From positions 1 through 42,735 of IMG/VR virus record IMGVR_UViG_3300045988_164138: 42,735 nt of DNA; one strand, 5' to 3'. This stretch comes from a virus. The notes under the pieces were generated by a model. It was not told where the DNA came from. It was given only the letters and a program-made list of their open reading frames with translations, and did no database searches. Made by a program: the position numbers and the translations under genes. Shown here in pieces: positions 1 to 8,843 of the stretch; positions within the stretch are counted from its first letter, which is position 1, and the number at the start of each line of letters is the position of its first letter.

Positions 1-55
1 CAAATGATCAAGCTATTCGACTGGGAATTCCTGAAGCATGTCGTTGAGATGTGCA
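1..55. repeat. 55-bp terminal direct repeat (circular-assembly overlap), copy 1
   Basis: Bases 1-55 (caaatgatcaagctattcga...gttgagatgtgca) recur exactly at 42681-42735. Confidence 0.95.
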
Positions 56-318
56 AGAATTACGTCGGCAAGGGCGGGAATGATTCACTCGGCCTGGAAG
101 TAAGCGCCTGGAACAACAGCATCCACATTGTGGTCGCATCGCCCGGGCATAGATTCATTTTCGAAGCGGATACTGTTCGCGGCTACAAGGCGACGATTTT
201 CGAGCAGACGAACCGTTATTGGGGTCCCATGTTCGACGTCGGCTACACTTTCGACGGCGACGAAATTCTTGACGCTTTCAATAGTTTTCTTGCCGACGTG
301 GAGGAGGAGAACAATTGA
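4..318 (+). CDS. hypothetical protein; the real start is probably the in-frame ATG at 42630 across the circular junction
   Basis: 104-aa ORF. In the circular form, ATG 42630 (ATGA overlap with the upstream stop) is in frame 18 codons upstream. The stop overlaps the TTG start of the next gene. Confidence 0.6.
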   Translation: MIKLFDWEFLKHVVEMCKNYVGKGGNDSLGLEVSAWNNSIHIVVASPGHRFIFEADTVRGYKATIFEQTNRYWGPMFDVGYTFDGDEILDAFNSFLADVEEENN

Positions 319-1886
319 GCGTCGAGAGGATTGCGGATTACGAGTTTGCGTCCCCGACGGGGGAGGTGCACTGTGATTGGTTTGCTGATAGGGTTATTGA
401 TTATTTGCAGTCCAGGTCGCCGGAGACGCCGCCTAGGTTTTTGTGGACGACTTTCTTGACGATGGTGTCCGCGCCGTTGTCTGCGAGGACTCATTTGTCT
501 GCGAGCGCACAGAACATGGTGCCGTTGACTTTGTATTCGCATTGTTTGGGTGCGTCTACTTTGTCGAGGAAGACGACGGCACAGTCTTTGGTGCGTAGTT
601 TTTTTGACGATTGCGTGGACGCGTTCAGGTGGGATTCGTCAGCGTCTTTGGCGGCCGTGCAGGAGGTTGATTCGGCACTCCGGATGCTGTTCCGTCGCCT
701 GGAGTCCCTGGAGAGGAGGAGCGGGCGTATCGATATTGACGAGTACCGGACGGAGCGGGACGATATCAATAATCGCATCACCGAGTTCGAGGCTGATCGT
801 AAAGATTTGCTGAACAGTATCGGTAATAGTCCATGCGAGCGTTCTCTTATGGCGAATGTCCTGTTCGGGTCGAATGTGACGGCCGAAGGTTTGAATTTGC
901 GGATGGCGCAGCGTCCTGGTGGGGTGTCTATCATGTTTGTAGACGAACTGCAGAATATGTATTCGGCGTCGCAGGGGGAGGGTTATCGTAGCGGTCTCAT
1001 CGGGTTCCTGACTGACGTCTACTCGGGTAAAACGGTTGAGTCTGTGCGTGTCGGTGATGATGGTGTGAGGCGGGCGGATAGTGAAAGGGTTTCTCATTCT
1101 ATTGCTTTCTGCGGCACCGGTATTCTCGGCGACGTAGTCGATAATATGTCTCAGTCTTTGTTCGAGACAGGGTGGGGGCCGCGTATTCTTTTTGCGTTGG
1201 ATGAGGAGGACCGCCAGTCTGATCCTTCGTCTTTCGGATGGGTCACCAACAATGACCGGAGCGCGCATGGTGGTGATGGTTTTGTTGAATATGCTTCCGA
1301 ACGCATTTCGACAATGTTGGGTATGATGCAGCACGAATTTCGTGGTACTGTCACTTGTGCCACCGAATTTTGGCCCGTCAACACGCCAATGGCCATGATC
1401 GTGACTGAGTCTGCACGGAATGTTTGGGTTGAAACAATGCGGGCCTGGGCCACGGAGGCGGCCCGCGAGTCGCCTTTCCAGCGGGCAGTGCAGGCGGTCA
1501 TTGATCGCATGGGGAATCACATTATGCGCGTTGCCGCTATTCTGTCTCTTTTTGAGCAGCAGATGAGCGTGTCATCGTCCGCAGTTCGGAAAGCTTTCAG
1601 TCTGGCCGCCGATTTCTGGCTTCCTGACGCGCTGAAGATGATCGACTACGTGTTTGTCCCGGATTTGACGCGCATGGTGGATGATTTCAGTAGTAATCCG
1701 CCGACTGAGACGCGCTTGTATAAAGTACTGGAGGCGAAGAATTTGTCTCCTCGGAGTGTGGAGGAGTATCGGCAGTATATTCTTCGCCGGGGTGTGAAGT
1801 TTCGTACGGAAGGTGCGATTGTGGATAATGATCTCGTGGAGGCGATTCTGCGGGATCAGATAGCGGAACCGTCGTACAGTGAGTGA
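315..1886 (+). CDS. putative replication protein, DUF3987-like helicase/NTPase candidate
   Basis: 523-aa ORF coupled to its neighbours. It has a Walker-B-like IMFVDELQNM segment and sits directly upstream of a primase-polymerase-like gene. The family call is from memory only. Confidence 0.4.
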   Translation: MSVERIADYEFASPTGEVHCDWFADRVIDYLQSRSPETPPRFLWTTFLTMVSAPLSARTHLSASAQNMVPLTLYSHCLGASTLSRKTTAQSLVRSFFDDCVDAFRWDSSASLAAVQEVDSALRMLFRRLESLERRSGRIDIDEYRTERDDINNRITEFEADRKDLLNSIGNSPCERSLMANVLFGSNVTAEGLNLRMAQRPGGVSIMFVDELQNMYSASQGEGYRSGLIGFLTDVYSGKTVESVRVGDDGVRRADSERVSHSIAFCGTGILGDVVDNMSQSLFETGWGPRILFALDEEDRQSDPSSFGWVTNNDRSAHGGDGFVEYASERISTMLGMMQHEFRGTVTCATEFWPVNTPMAMIVTESARNVWVETMRAWATEAARESPFQRAVQAVIDRMGNHIMRVAAILSLFEQQMSVSSSAVRKAFSLAADFWLPDALKMIDYVFVPDLTRMVDDFSSNPPTETRLYKVLEAKNLSPRSVEEYRQYILRRGVKFRTEGAIVDNDLVEAILRDQIAEPSYSE

Positions 1887-2778
1887 TGTTTTCGGGGCGC
1901 GTTTCCCTGTGATGGTAGCGGCCAATGTCCGCTCCATCACAGGGTGGCGTGCCACTAACGTAAACCTTAACGATTTTGCCGCCTTGTGCGAGGCGCCCTC
2001 GAAATGCGAGAAGAACGATGCTCCCGCGTTTTTCGCCGGCGTTCTTTCTGGGGGTAGACGGCAGAAGAGGAATTTTGTGTTCCGGTCTGCGATTGTTCTG
2101 GATGCGGATCACGGGTCACGGAAAGATTTTGTCGGGGACCGCATGCGGGCAGCGAATCTTGCCGGCATTGTGTGGGAGACGGCTTCGTCATCTTTTCCGT
2201 CCCCGCGTTTCCGCGTCGTCCTGCCGTGCACTCGCAGCATGGCGATAGGAGAGTGTGAGGCGATCGGTCGGACGTGTTTCAGTGTGTTGGGGCCGGTGTC
2301 TCAGTGGGACGGGTCGTGTGCTGAGGCGTCTCGAGCTTTCTTTCTGCCGTCACATCGTCTTGGTTTGAGGGTGCGTCATTGGCTCATTGATGGTGCCTGT
2401 TTGAGTGTTGATAAATGGTTGGAGAATATCGGGTATGAGGAGAAGAGTAGTGATGCCCCTTTGTCTTCTGTGCCCGATGGTGGCTATGGTGGGGTGATTG
2501 GCGAGTTCAATTCAAAGTACGGGTTTAATGATCTTGTCAGTTTGTTTGGTTGGCCGTATGAGCCTGTGGGGCGGCGGTGGCGGTATACGCGTGGTGGTAA
2601 CACGGCCCCGGGTGTGACGATGCTGGACAGTGGTCTGGTCTTCTCGCATCATGCGGATGATCCGCTCGCGGACGGGCGGGCGCACACAGTGTTTGATTGT
2701 ATGAGGCTTCTGGAGTGTGGTGGTGACGTGGGCATGGCGATGGGTGAGGCGCTGTCTCTCCTCCAACTGGAGATGTGA
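1879..2778 (+). CDS. putative archaeo-eukaryotic-type primase-polymerase (AEP-like)
   Basis: 299-aa ORF with a D-x-D motif (IVLDADHG), ETASSSFPSPRFRVVLP and FFLPSH segments resembling AEP motifs I-III. The start is uncertain (GTG 1879 or a later codon). Confidence 0.4.
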   Translation: MSDVFGARFPVMVAANVRSITGWRATNVNLNDFAALCEAPSKCEKNDAPAFFAGVLSGGRRQKRNFVFRSAIVLDADHGSRKDFVGDRMRAANLAGIVWETASSSFPSPRFRVVLPCTRSMAIGECEAIGRTCFSVLGPVSQWDGSCAEASRAFFLPSHRLGLRVRHWLIDGACLSVDKWLENIGYEEKSSDAPLSSVPDGGYGGVIGEFNSKYGFNDLVSLFGWPYEPVGRRWRYTRGGNTAPGVTMLDSGLVFSHHADDPLADGRAHTVFDCMRLLECGGDVGMAMGEALSLLQLEM

Positions 2779-2798
2779 GTGGAGTCACCTCCAGTTGG
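2763..2798 (+). terminator. hairpin at the 3' end of the primase-like gene
   Basis: ccaactggag (2763-2772) pairs with ctccagttgg (2789-2798), with a 16-nt loop. There is no T-run. Confidence 0.3.
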
Positions 2799-2830
2799 GT
2801 TGACCATGGGATGCACGGTCTGCCTATACT
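2797..2830 (+). promoter_or_regulatory. putative promoter: GGGTTGACC motif plus TATACT
   Basis: TTGACC at 2800-2805, a 19-nt spacer, then TATACT at 2825-2830. The GGGTTGAC(C/A) motif recurs at 12356 and 39674, each time upstream of a plus-strand gene block. Confidence 0.35.
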
Positions 2831-2877
2831 AGGACCGTCACCGAGGAACGGTGACAGTACAGAGAGAAGAGGAAATC

Positions 2878-3090
2878 ATGAACATCATCGCTCGTCGCAG
2901 CACCAGGAACGACGTCGTCGAGTTCGACATCATCCCCACGTTGGACAATGTGGGCGACTACAACGTTGCCGCAATCGCCGATGACGTGATCGGACAGTAC
3001 TTCTCCGCTACTGGTACTCCCTACTATGTGGTGGACGTTGACGAGGACGCCTACTGGGACGCCGTGCAGCGTCACGCCATCACCCACTGA
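2878..3090 (+). CDS. hypothetical protein (70 aa)
   Basis: ATG 2878 is preceded by the purine-rich RBS agagagaagaggaaatc. The longer GTG 2851 start has no RBS. Confidence 0.6.
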   Translation: MNIIARRSTRNDVVEFDIIPTLDNVGDYNVAAIADDVIGQYFSATGTPYYVVDVDEDAYWDAVQRHAITH

Positions 3091-3096
3091 CCCGAC

Positions 3097-3140
3097 ACAA
3101 CGAATCCCGTCTCATTGCTTGGTGAGGCGGGGTTTGTTGT
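3097..3140 (+). terminator. hairpin (18-bp stem with 3 G-T wobbles)
   Basis: acaacgaatcccgtctca / tgaggcggggtttgttgt, immediately after the stop at 3090. Confidence 0.4.
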
Positions 3141-3159
3141 GCAGAAAAGAGGAAAACAA

Positions 3160-3228
3160 GTGGCACTACTAGTGTTCGCGCTCGCCATTTGTCTGTTAGT
3201 GATCGTTTGGACGAATTTCAATGATTAA
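3160..3228 (+). CDS. possible 22-aa hydrophobic micro-ORF (MALLVFALAICLLVIVWTNFND)
   Basis: GTG start 9 nt after aaaagaggaaaac. The stop overlaps the SNF2 start. It is below the ORF-track size cut-off. Confidence 0.2.
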   Translation: MALLVFALAICLLVIVWTNFND

Positions 3229-4615
3229 CATTCGGCCCACTGGGGCGCAGGAAAGAGAAATCAACCGCACCGCCGTCGCGATTCGAGGTGGTGGTGGTGC
3301 TTTGCTGGCGTGGGAACCCGGCTGCGGAAAAACATACGGCGCCATCTGGGTTGCACAGAAACTCAATGCCGACAAGCGAGTCATTGTTGTGTGCCCGAAG
3401 CGCGTCATCCCATCATGGCAGACCAGTATCAAGATCATCACTGGCCAGGAAGCGAGAGTGCTGTCTCGCACTACCAAGGCTGGGCGTGCCAACATTGAGA
3501 GCATGTTGAACGGCGAGGATGGTTGGTGGGTTATTAATTTCGAGCTATTGGTTTCCCTGGGAAAGGCGGTAGACGCTGGAAAGTGGCCGAACGCTTCCTT
3601 TTCAAGGAAATCGTTCGATATGGTGGTCGTGGATGAGGTGCACCGTATCGCGAATCACCGTACTCAGTCTTTTCGGGCCGTAAAGGCGTTGAAGTCGAAG
3701 CATCGTCTTGGCTTGTCGGGGACGCCTGCCGGCAATAAACCTGTCAACATTTACGGGGTACTCAAATTCCTGAACTCGGGTAGTGTCGATCGTAGTTTCT
3801 ACCGGTTTGCTGACGAGTTTTTTGTTTCTCAGTTCAATCCTTTTGCGGCGTCCCCGTATGCCAGGATTTATGGTGGCGAAAAGAGTCCTGGTGCTCTCCG
3901 TGATTCTGTGGGTGACAATTGGTCTGCGATGCGGGGGGATGAGGTTTTCGGCGATCTACCCCCCGTAAATGTTCAACGTGTCATCTGTGGGATGAGGCGC
4001 GAACAGTGGAGGATGTATCGGGAGTTCGTGGATCATCGTTTGGTGATTATGGATGGTGGGGCCAGTGCGGCCTCGTCCGCCGCCGTTCTAGACGGGAGGC
4101 TCAGGCAGGTCACTCTTGGACCGTTGAGAATTGTGGGCGACAATGTTGAGTTCGAGGAGCGGGGATCCTCGAAGATCGACGCCACTCTCGATATTCTGTC
4201 TGATCTGCCGTCGGACGAGAAAGTTGTCCTGTGGTGTCACTCGCGTAAATTCATGGCACCATTGCGAAAGCGACTGGCCGATGCCGGCTATCAGAGTGTT
4301 GAATTGTCCGGCGATTACCGTGATGAGTGGCGGCGATTTTTGGAGCCTGATGGGCCGAGAATTCTTTGTGCCGTCATTGCGGCCGCTGCCGAGGGGATTG
4401 ACGGTCTACAGAATGTTTGTAACACTGAGATTTGGTTGAGTGAGGATAATAGTGTGATTTTGAATTTGCAGGCGTCTGCTCGTTTGAATCGTAAGGGGCA
4501 AACAAAGAGGGTGAATCGTTTTCTTTTGCAGTGTGAGAATACTATTGATGTGACAGCTGTGGAGCCGAGGTTGGCGGCGGGATATGAGCGTCTGCGTGAG
4601 AGCGGTCTCATATGA
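3221..4615 (+). CDS. SNF2-family (superfamily 2) helicase
   Basis: Walker A EPGCGKT, DEVH box VVDEVHRIAN, GLSGTP motif, and a C-terminal helicase domain (AAAEGIDGLQ, QASARLNRKGQ). Confidence 0.85.
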   Translation: MINIRPTGAQEREINRTAVAIRGGGGALLAWEPGCGKTYGAIWVAQKLNADKRVIVVCPKRVIPSWQTSIKIITGQEARVLSRTTKAGRANIESMLNGEDGWWVINFELLVSLGKAVDAGKWPNASFSRKSFDMVVVDEVHRIANHRTQSFRAVKALKSKHRLGLSGTPAGNKPVNIYGVLKFLNSGSVDRSFYRFADEFFVSQFNPFAASPYARIYGGEKSPGALRDSVGDNWSAMRGDEVFGDLPPVNVQRVICGMRREQWRMYREFVDHRLVIMDGGASAASSAAVLDGRLRQVTLGPLRIVGDNVEFEERGSSKIDATLDILSDLPSDEKVVLWCHSRKFMAPLRKRLADAGYQSVELSGDYRDEWRRFLEPDGPRILCAVIAAAAEGIDGLQNVCNTEIWLSEDNSVILNLQASARLNRKGQTKRVNRFLLQCENTIDVTAVEPRLAAGYERLRESGLI

Positions 4616-4932
4616 TGTGTGATAGAGGCCACGCCCACGTGGGTTGCGTACACCACCGTCACACGAATACAGTAGGTGCCATGAAGACAGAAACACATGG
4701 CGGCTCGGCCATTCGTCTAGTGCGACGTCGCATGACAGGCACTATCAGAAACATTCTCATATCCGATGACAGTGAGCTGGTCGGCAGGAATTTCCTGATC
4801 GTCACCCCAGTGAATGATGGACACTCAGACGTCAATGTCATCCATGTCACGGCGGACAATGTTGGCATTGTGCGCGGCATGGCCACCAATAACAATCTCG
4901 ACATTTATGAACTCACCACAGAGGAGGGGTGA
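4612..4932 (+). CDS. hypothetical protein
   Basis: ATGA overlap with the SNF2 stop. An alternative start is ATG 4681, preceded by aggtg. Confidence 0.5.
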   Translation: MMCDRGHAHVGCVHHRHTNTVGAMKTETHGGSAIRLVRRRMTGTIRNILISDDSELVGRNFLIVTPVNDGHSDVNVIHVTADNVGIVRGMATNNNLDIYELTTEEG

Positions 4933-4940
4933 AAAACATT

Positions 4941-5147
4941 ATGCGCATCACACAGGGCACCACGATTGACGAAATTGCCGGTCGCACCATTATTCTGAAG
5001 TGGCCGACACAGTTCGGCGTCAAGACAATGCAACTGCACGTGCCCAATATTCGATCGGAGAACATCTGGCGGATCCAATGCTATGCTGCCGTCATTTCTA
5101 CGGCGATCGAGGAGCGAGCCGGCCTCACAGCAACCATTATCGAATAA
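4941..5147 (+). CDS. hypothetical protein (68 aa)
   Basis: ATG 4941 lies 13 nt after gaggagg (4921-4927). The track ORF starts at GTG 4929. Confidence 0.5.
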   Translation: MRITQGTTIDEIAGRTIILKWPTQFGVKTMQLHVPNIRSENIWRIQCYAAVISTAIEERAGLTATIIE

Positions 5148-5190
5148 CACATCATCAATCAGCATTTAGGAAGAGAGAGTAAAAACACTA

Positions 5191-5457
5191 ATGGGCGTCT
5201 ACCTAGTATGGGAATCATCGCAGAAGGGCGACTATCGGGTCTATTCGAATCTCGAGCAGGCCGCAATGTGCGCCGAAGAGCTCGACGGCACGGTCTACGA
5301 AATCATGCCGGCCGGCGACGCAAGACTATTCTTCATTGAAGACATTGCGAGTGGAGACATTCAAGTCCAGCGCGACGTCAGGCTTGCCGCTATCGCCGCA
5401 ATTCAGGAAGGAGAGAAATTTGAATTTGAGCCCGGCCGCCGCAACAGCGGTCAGTAA
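5191..5457 (+). CDS. hypothetical protein (88 aa)
   Basis: ATG preceded by aggaagagagagtaaaaacact. Confidence 0.55.
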   Translation: MGVYLVWESSQKGDYRVYSNLEQAAMCAEELDGTVYEIMPAGDARLFFIEDIASGDIQVQRDVRLAAIAAIQEGEKFEFEPGRRNSGQ

Positions 5458-6169
5458 TGTTTTCGCCCCAACCGAACGCGACAAACAAACACGCATTGGC
5501 GTAAGCGAAATCGGGGACGATTGCGAACGGTGCATCGCAGATAAGCTTCTGGGAATCCCGCACGACACGGAAAATACGGGCATCCCACTGGCGCCTTTCC
5601 TGGGCACCGCGTTTCATGCTTACGCGGAATCACGCACAGAAAACGAGCCGAATGTTCTAGTGGAGCAGAGAGTGGAGGTGTGTGATCTTGAAGACTATGG
5701 GCGTATTTCTGGGAGTGTGGATCGTTTCGATATTGCGGCGGCGACAGTCCTAGACTGGAAGCTGCTCTCGCGGAAAAAGATTTCCGCATTTCGAAAGAGC
5801 ACTAAATGGGACAATGGTCTACCACGATTCGCCAACACGGCAGCAGGAAGTCAATTTCGTAAATATTACATTCAAATCATGCTCTACGGGTACGGTCTCA
5901 CGCAGCTCGGATATGAGGTGGCTCACTGTTCTATTGTTGCCCTTCCAAGGGACTGCAGTGTAGAGACTGTGCCGGGCAGTATTTGTGAGTTCTCTTTCCC
6001 GTGGCGGCAGGACGTCGCGCTCGCGGCCCTGGAGAGACTCCAAAACATTTGGGAGAGAGCAAGATCACAAGGCGGCGGGGTTGACAGCCTCCCATCATCC
6101 CCTCTATGTTGGTACTGCTCGCATGAGCGCCACACAGAAGCATTCAAAAACTACAATATCAACGGTTAA
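5420..6169 (+). CDS. Cas4/RecB-like PD-(D/E)XK exonuclease
   Basis: N-terminal Cys pair (DDCERC), GSVDRFD, VLDWKL (D/ExK), QIMLYGY (QhxxY) and C-terminal CWYC. TTG 5420 is preceded by aggaaggagag. The track start at 5336 overlaps the previous gene. Confidence 0.7.
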   Translation: MNLSPAAATAVSNVFAPTERDKQTRIGVSEIGDDCERCIADKLLGIPHDTENTGIPLAPFLGTAFHAYAESRTENEPNVLVEQRVEVCDLEDYGRISGSVDRFDIAAATVLDWKLLSRKKISAFRKSTKWDNGLPRFANTAAGSQFRKYYIQIMLYGYGLTQLGYEVAHCSIVALPRDCSVETVPGSICEFSFPWRQDVALAALERLQNIWERARSQGGGVDSLPSSPLCWYCSHERHTEAFKNYNING

Positions 6170-6185
6170 GGAGGTGAAACATAGT

Positions 6186-6926
6186 ATGACTTTCGAGGAC
6201 ACTCTTACCCGTCTCGGAATGACGGTCGTGAACCCGGAGCAGAATAATCATTTCAACATGCTTATTCATGGTGTGAGCGGCGTCGGCAAAACATCGCTCG
6301 CAGCCACGGCATCACAGGTGGATAACATGTCGCCCGTCCTGTACGTTGATTTTGAATCCGGCACACTCCCAGTACGGGATTGGGGGAACCTGCAGAACAT
6401 TACTGTCGTGCACTGCGACAAGTGGGTTGATTGCGCCAATCTTTGTGACAATATTGCACGCAATCTTGCAGGATTCCCCTACAAGACTGTCGTGTTCGAC
6501 ACGTTGGATAAGTGCCAGGAGCTTATCCTGGCCCACTATGAGACCGTGTCGAATGACACGTGGACGAAATGGCGGGCAGTATACGATTCACTGTTGAAGG
6601 CGATCGGTGTATTCCTGGACGCCCCCGACATTTCATTCATTGCTATCACGCATTCCGCGCGCGAAAGCAATGAGGTCACTGGGGAAACGTTCATTGCCCC
6701 GTCCTTCGAGGGGCAGAAATCTGGGCAGCGCATCCCCGCTTTGTTCAATTTCGTCGGCTACATGGAGTGGGCGAACGTGGATAATGGGGACGGAGAGGAG
6801 ATCACCGTGCCAGTCCTGTACACTCGCAAACCCAACGTTGTGACAAAGCAACAGACGCGTGGGTTCCCGCCAGCAATGGGGAATCCAAGCATGGCCAAGA
6901 TTCACGATTACATCACTAGCCACTAA
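6186..6926 (+). CDS. RecA-like AAA ATPase (Sak4/AAA_24-like recombination ATPase)
   Basis: P-loop IHGVSGVGKTSL and Walker B VVFDTLD. ATG 6186 follows ggaggtgaaaca. Confidence 0.6.
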   Translation: MTFEDTLTRLGMTVVNPEQNNHFNMLIHGVSGVGKTSLAATASQVDNMSPVLYVDFESGTLPVRDWGNLQNITVVHCDKWVDCANLCDNIARNLAGFPYKTVVFDTLDKCQELILAHYETVSNDTWTKWRAVYDSLLKAIGVFLDAPDISFIAITHSARESNEVTGETFIAPSFEGQKSGQRIPALFNFVGYMEWANVDNGDGEEITVPVLYTRKPNVVTKQQTRGFPPAMGNPSMAKIHDYITSH

Positions 6927-6956
6927 CCAAAACATTAGGAAGAGAGAAAAATCATT

Positions 6957-7070
6957 ATGGCTAAGATTACTGTTACCGCTGACCGTGGTGTCTCCGCTGA
7001 GACTCTCACTATCGCCGCCAACGCGATCAGGGAAGCACTCCGCAGCAAGCCCGACACTAGCGAGAACTGA
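6957..7070 (+). CDS. possible 37-aa small protein (MAKITVTADRGVSAETLTIAANAIREALRSKPDTSEN)
   Basis: ATG preceded by aggaagagagaaaaatcatt, the same RBS style as neighbouring genes. It fills an otherwise empty 187-nt gap. Confidence 0.35.
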   Translation: MAKITVTADRGVSAETLTIAANAIREALRSKPDTSEN

Positions 7071-7113
7071 CCACCGCAATTCCCTTGCACCATTTCATAG
7101 GAGCGCAATAATT

Positions 7114-7704
7114 ATGGCAAATGGCTTCAACTTCGGCACCGACCTCTCATCGTTGGAAGTCGCTACCGGCGGCGGTAACTTCGAGCCGCCCAAGCCCGGA
7201 AAGCACTCAGCATTCATCACCAAGGCTGAAATGACCACGTCCAAGAGCGGCAGGCCGATGCTTGTCACCGATTGGATGATCGACGGCGACGACGATGACG
7301 CCGGAAAGGCCCTCACCGACCGCACCGTTTTCACCATCAACAAGAATGGGAAGACTTTCATCCACTTCAACATTCCGAAGTATTTCAGCGCAGCTGGTCT
7401 GTGGCCGGCCGATGCTAGGGAGCGGGCCGATCTTCTTTCTCCGCAGAAGATTGATACTACCGTGAAGCGCGTGTGCGAGAACCTGGAGGGCGCTCACGCA
7501 ACCTTGGTGACACGGATGAGTAAACCTAGGCCTCGCCTTGACGATTATGGGCGTCCTGCATACGAGCAGGACGAGAACGGGATCACGGTCCTCGGTGAGG
7601 ACGGCGCCCCGAAGCCCGCATTCTGGCCTCCAAGGGCAGAGATTTCTTCCATTGATTTCGAGGCCAAGAGGAATACTGCGACCGCATCGCCGGTAGTTTT
7701 CTAA
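7114..7704 (+). CDS. DUF669-like protein (putative ssDNA-binding partner of Sak4-type ATPases)
   Basis: The N-terminus MANGFNFGTDLSSLEV...PPKPGKHSAFITKAEMTTSKSGRPMLV fits the DUF669 pattern as I recall it. It sits next to the AAA_24-like gene. Confidence 0.5.
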   Translation: MANGFNFGTDLSSLEVATGGGNFEPPKPGKHSAFITKAEMTTSKSGRPMLVTDWMIDGDDDDAGKALTDRTVFTINKNGKTFIHFNIPKYFSAAGLWPADARERADLLSPQKIDTTVKRVCENLEGAHATLVTRMSKPRPRLDDYGRPAYEQDENGITVLGEDGAPKPAFWPPRAEISSIDFEAKRNTATASPVVF

Positions 7705-7725
7705 CGCACACTGGTCGCATGATTT

Positions 7726-7763
7726 GAATAGCGGGGGCCACAATACTGTGGCCCCCGCTATTC
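7726..7763 (+). terminator. perfect 17-bp hairpin
   Basis: gaatagcgggggccaca atac tgtggcccccgctattc, 22 nt after the stop at 7704. Confidence 0.6.
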
Positions 7764-7793
7764 AACCCAACGAAGAGAAGAGAGAAAACACGA

Positions 7794-8843
7794 ATGATAC
7801 AACCATCATACAAGCTGTACAGGCTAGCCGCTAACAGGCTGGAGCGGCTTCAAACAAGCGTTCCCAGCGGGGAGTTTCTTTTCCCTTCCGTGGATGCCGC
7901 CCTAGAATGGTGCTTCACCTATTTGGAGGTTCCCGAGGACAAGAAATGGCGTTTCGTGCGCCCCGACATTACCAAGCCGATCGCCCCATGCAACCTTGAC
8001 GTAGCACTAGATCACACACCGGATATGCCGTATTTGCGCTACCATCGCAAAGCAAATGAGACTCTCATGCCGAGCCGTTCCTACAACGATATTCGCCTCA
8101 ATATTTGGGCGTGGCGAGAGGAGAACGGTGTAGATAATTTTGAGTTCGACGGCATGATGTCAGCTATCGAATGGTGCTACAACGAATTCAACCCATCGGT
8201 TGTGTTTGAATGGAAGTTCGCGACCGAGAACGGAGTATTTCGCCCTGGCGAAATCTCTATCATACGCACCAAGACAAGAAAGAAAGGTCGCAACCGCCGC
8301 ATTCTCCATCCGGTCAAGCCAGTAAACAAAAACTTGACCGGTGTCGAGCCGGAAATGGTAGGACGCCGCTTCCGACAGTGGGAAGTTACGTCCCCCGAGT
8401 ACAGGTTCATGAGCGATCACCATAAGTATTTTCATATGCGTTGCGTGAATTGCGGGGAAGCGAAGTGGATTCGTGTCTCGCGTTTCAGTGGCGGCGAACC
8501 CGTGAATTGCCCGTGCACCAGCTCATCGCTTCGCATGTACAAGGAGCTACCGAAATGGCTTACCCCTTCACTCATGCGACGCATTTATGATCTGAAAAGA
8601 TACGTTCCGAAAGAGGACTTCCATTTCGATTCCCCGCAGGATTGTGCAATATGGTGCTATAGGAATCTGCCTTTCCCGGATGACCCGGATACGCCGTGGA
8701 CTTTGAAAAAGGGGCGCGGTAAGCCAGTGGCGCCGGACACGCTGTGGCTCAAGGTAGACGGAGTGCGTTCGGACACTGTGAAGAATATTGCTACCGTGAA
8801 CAAGTCGCGGCGAAGCCTGCGAAAGAAAGGAGGAAAGGCGTGA
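7794..8843 (+). CDS. hypothetical protein with three internal repeats and a zinc-ribbon-like Cys cluster
   Basis: The motif F-x-(F)-D/S...A-(L/I)-(E/x)-W-C-(F/Y) occurs three times (FPSVDAALEWCF, FDGMMSAIEWCY, FDSPQDCAIWCY). A CVNCGEAKW...NCPC cluster is also present. Confidence 0.6.
   Translation: MIQPSYKLYRLAANRLERLQTSVPSGEFLFPSVDAALEWCFTYLEVPEDKKWRFVRPDITKPIAPCNLDVALDHTPDMPYLRYHRKANETLMPSRSYNDIRLNIWAWREENGVDNFEFDGMMSAIEWCYNEFNPSVVFEWKFATENGVFRPGEISIIRTKTRKKGRNRRILHPVKPVNKNLTGVEPEMVGRRFRQWEVTSPEYRFMSDHHKYFHMRCVNCGEAKWIRVSRFSGGEPVNCPCTSSSLRMYKELPKWLTPSLMRRIYDLKRYVPKEDFHFDSPQDCAIWCYRNLPFPDDPDTPWTLKKGRGKPVAPDTLWLKVDGVRSDTVKNIATVNKSRRSLRKKGGKA

Noticed and set aside
639-1520. 293-aa minus-strand ORF antisense to the DUF3987-like gene
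   Set aside because: It is antisense within a translationally coupled plus-strand operon, gives an Arg/Pro/His-rich translation and has no RBS.
5336-5419. Long N-terminal extensions of track ORFs (5336 for the Cas4-like gene, 5985 for the ATPase, 6859 for the DUF669-like gene, 8744 for RuvC, 12134, 15180, 40593)
   Set aside because: The extensions overlap upstream genes or terminators and lack RBSs. Internal starts have purine-rich RBSs or ATGA coupling.
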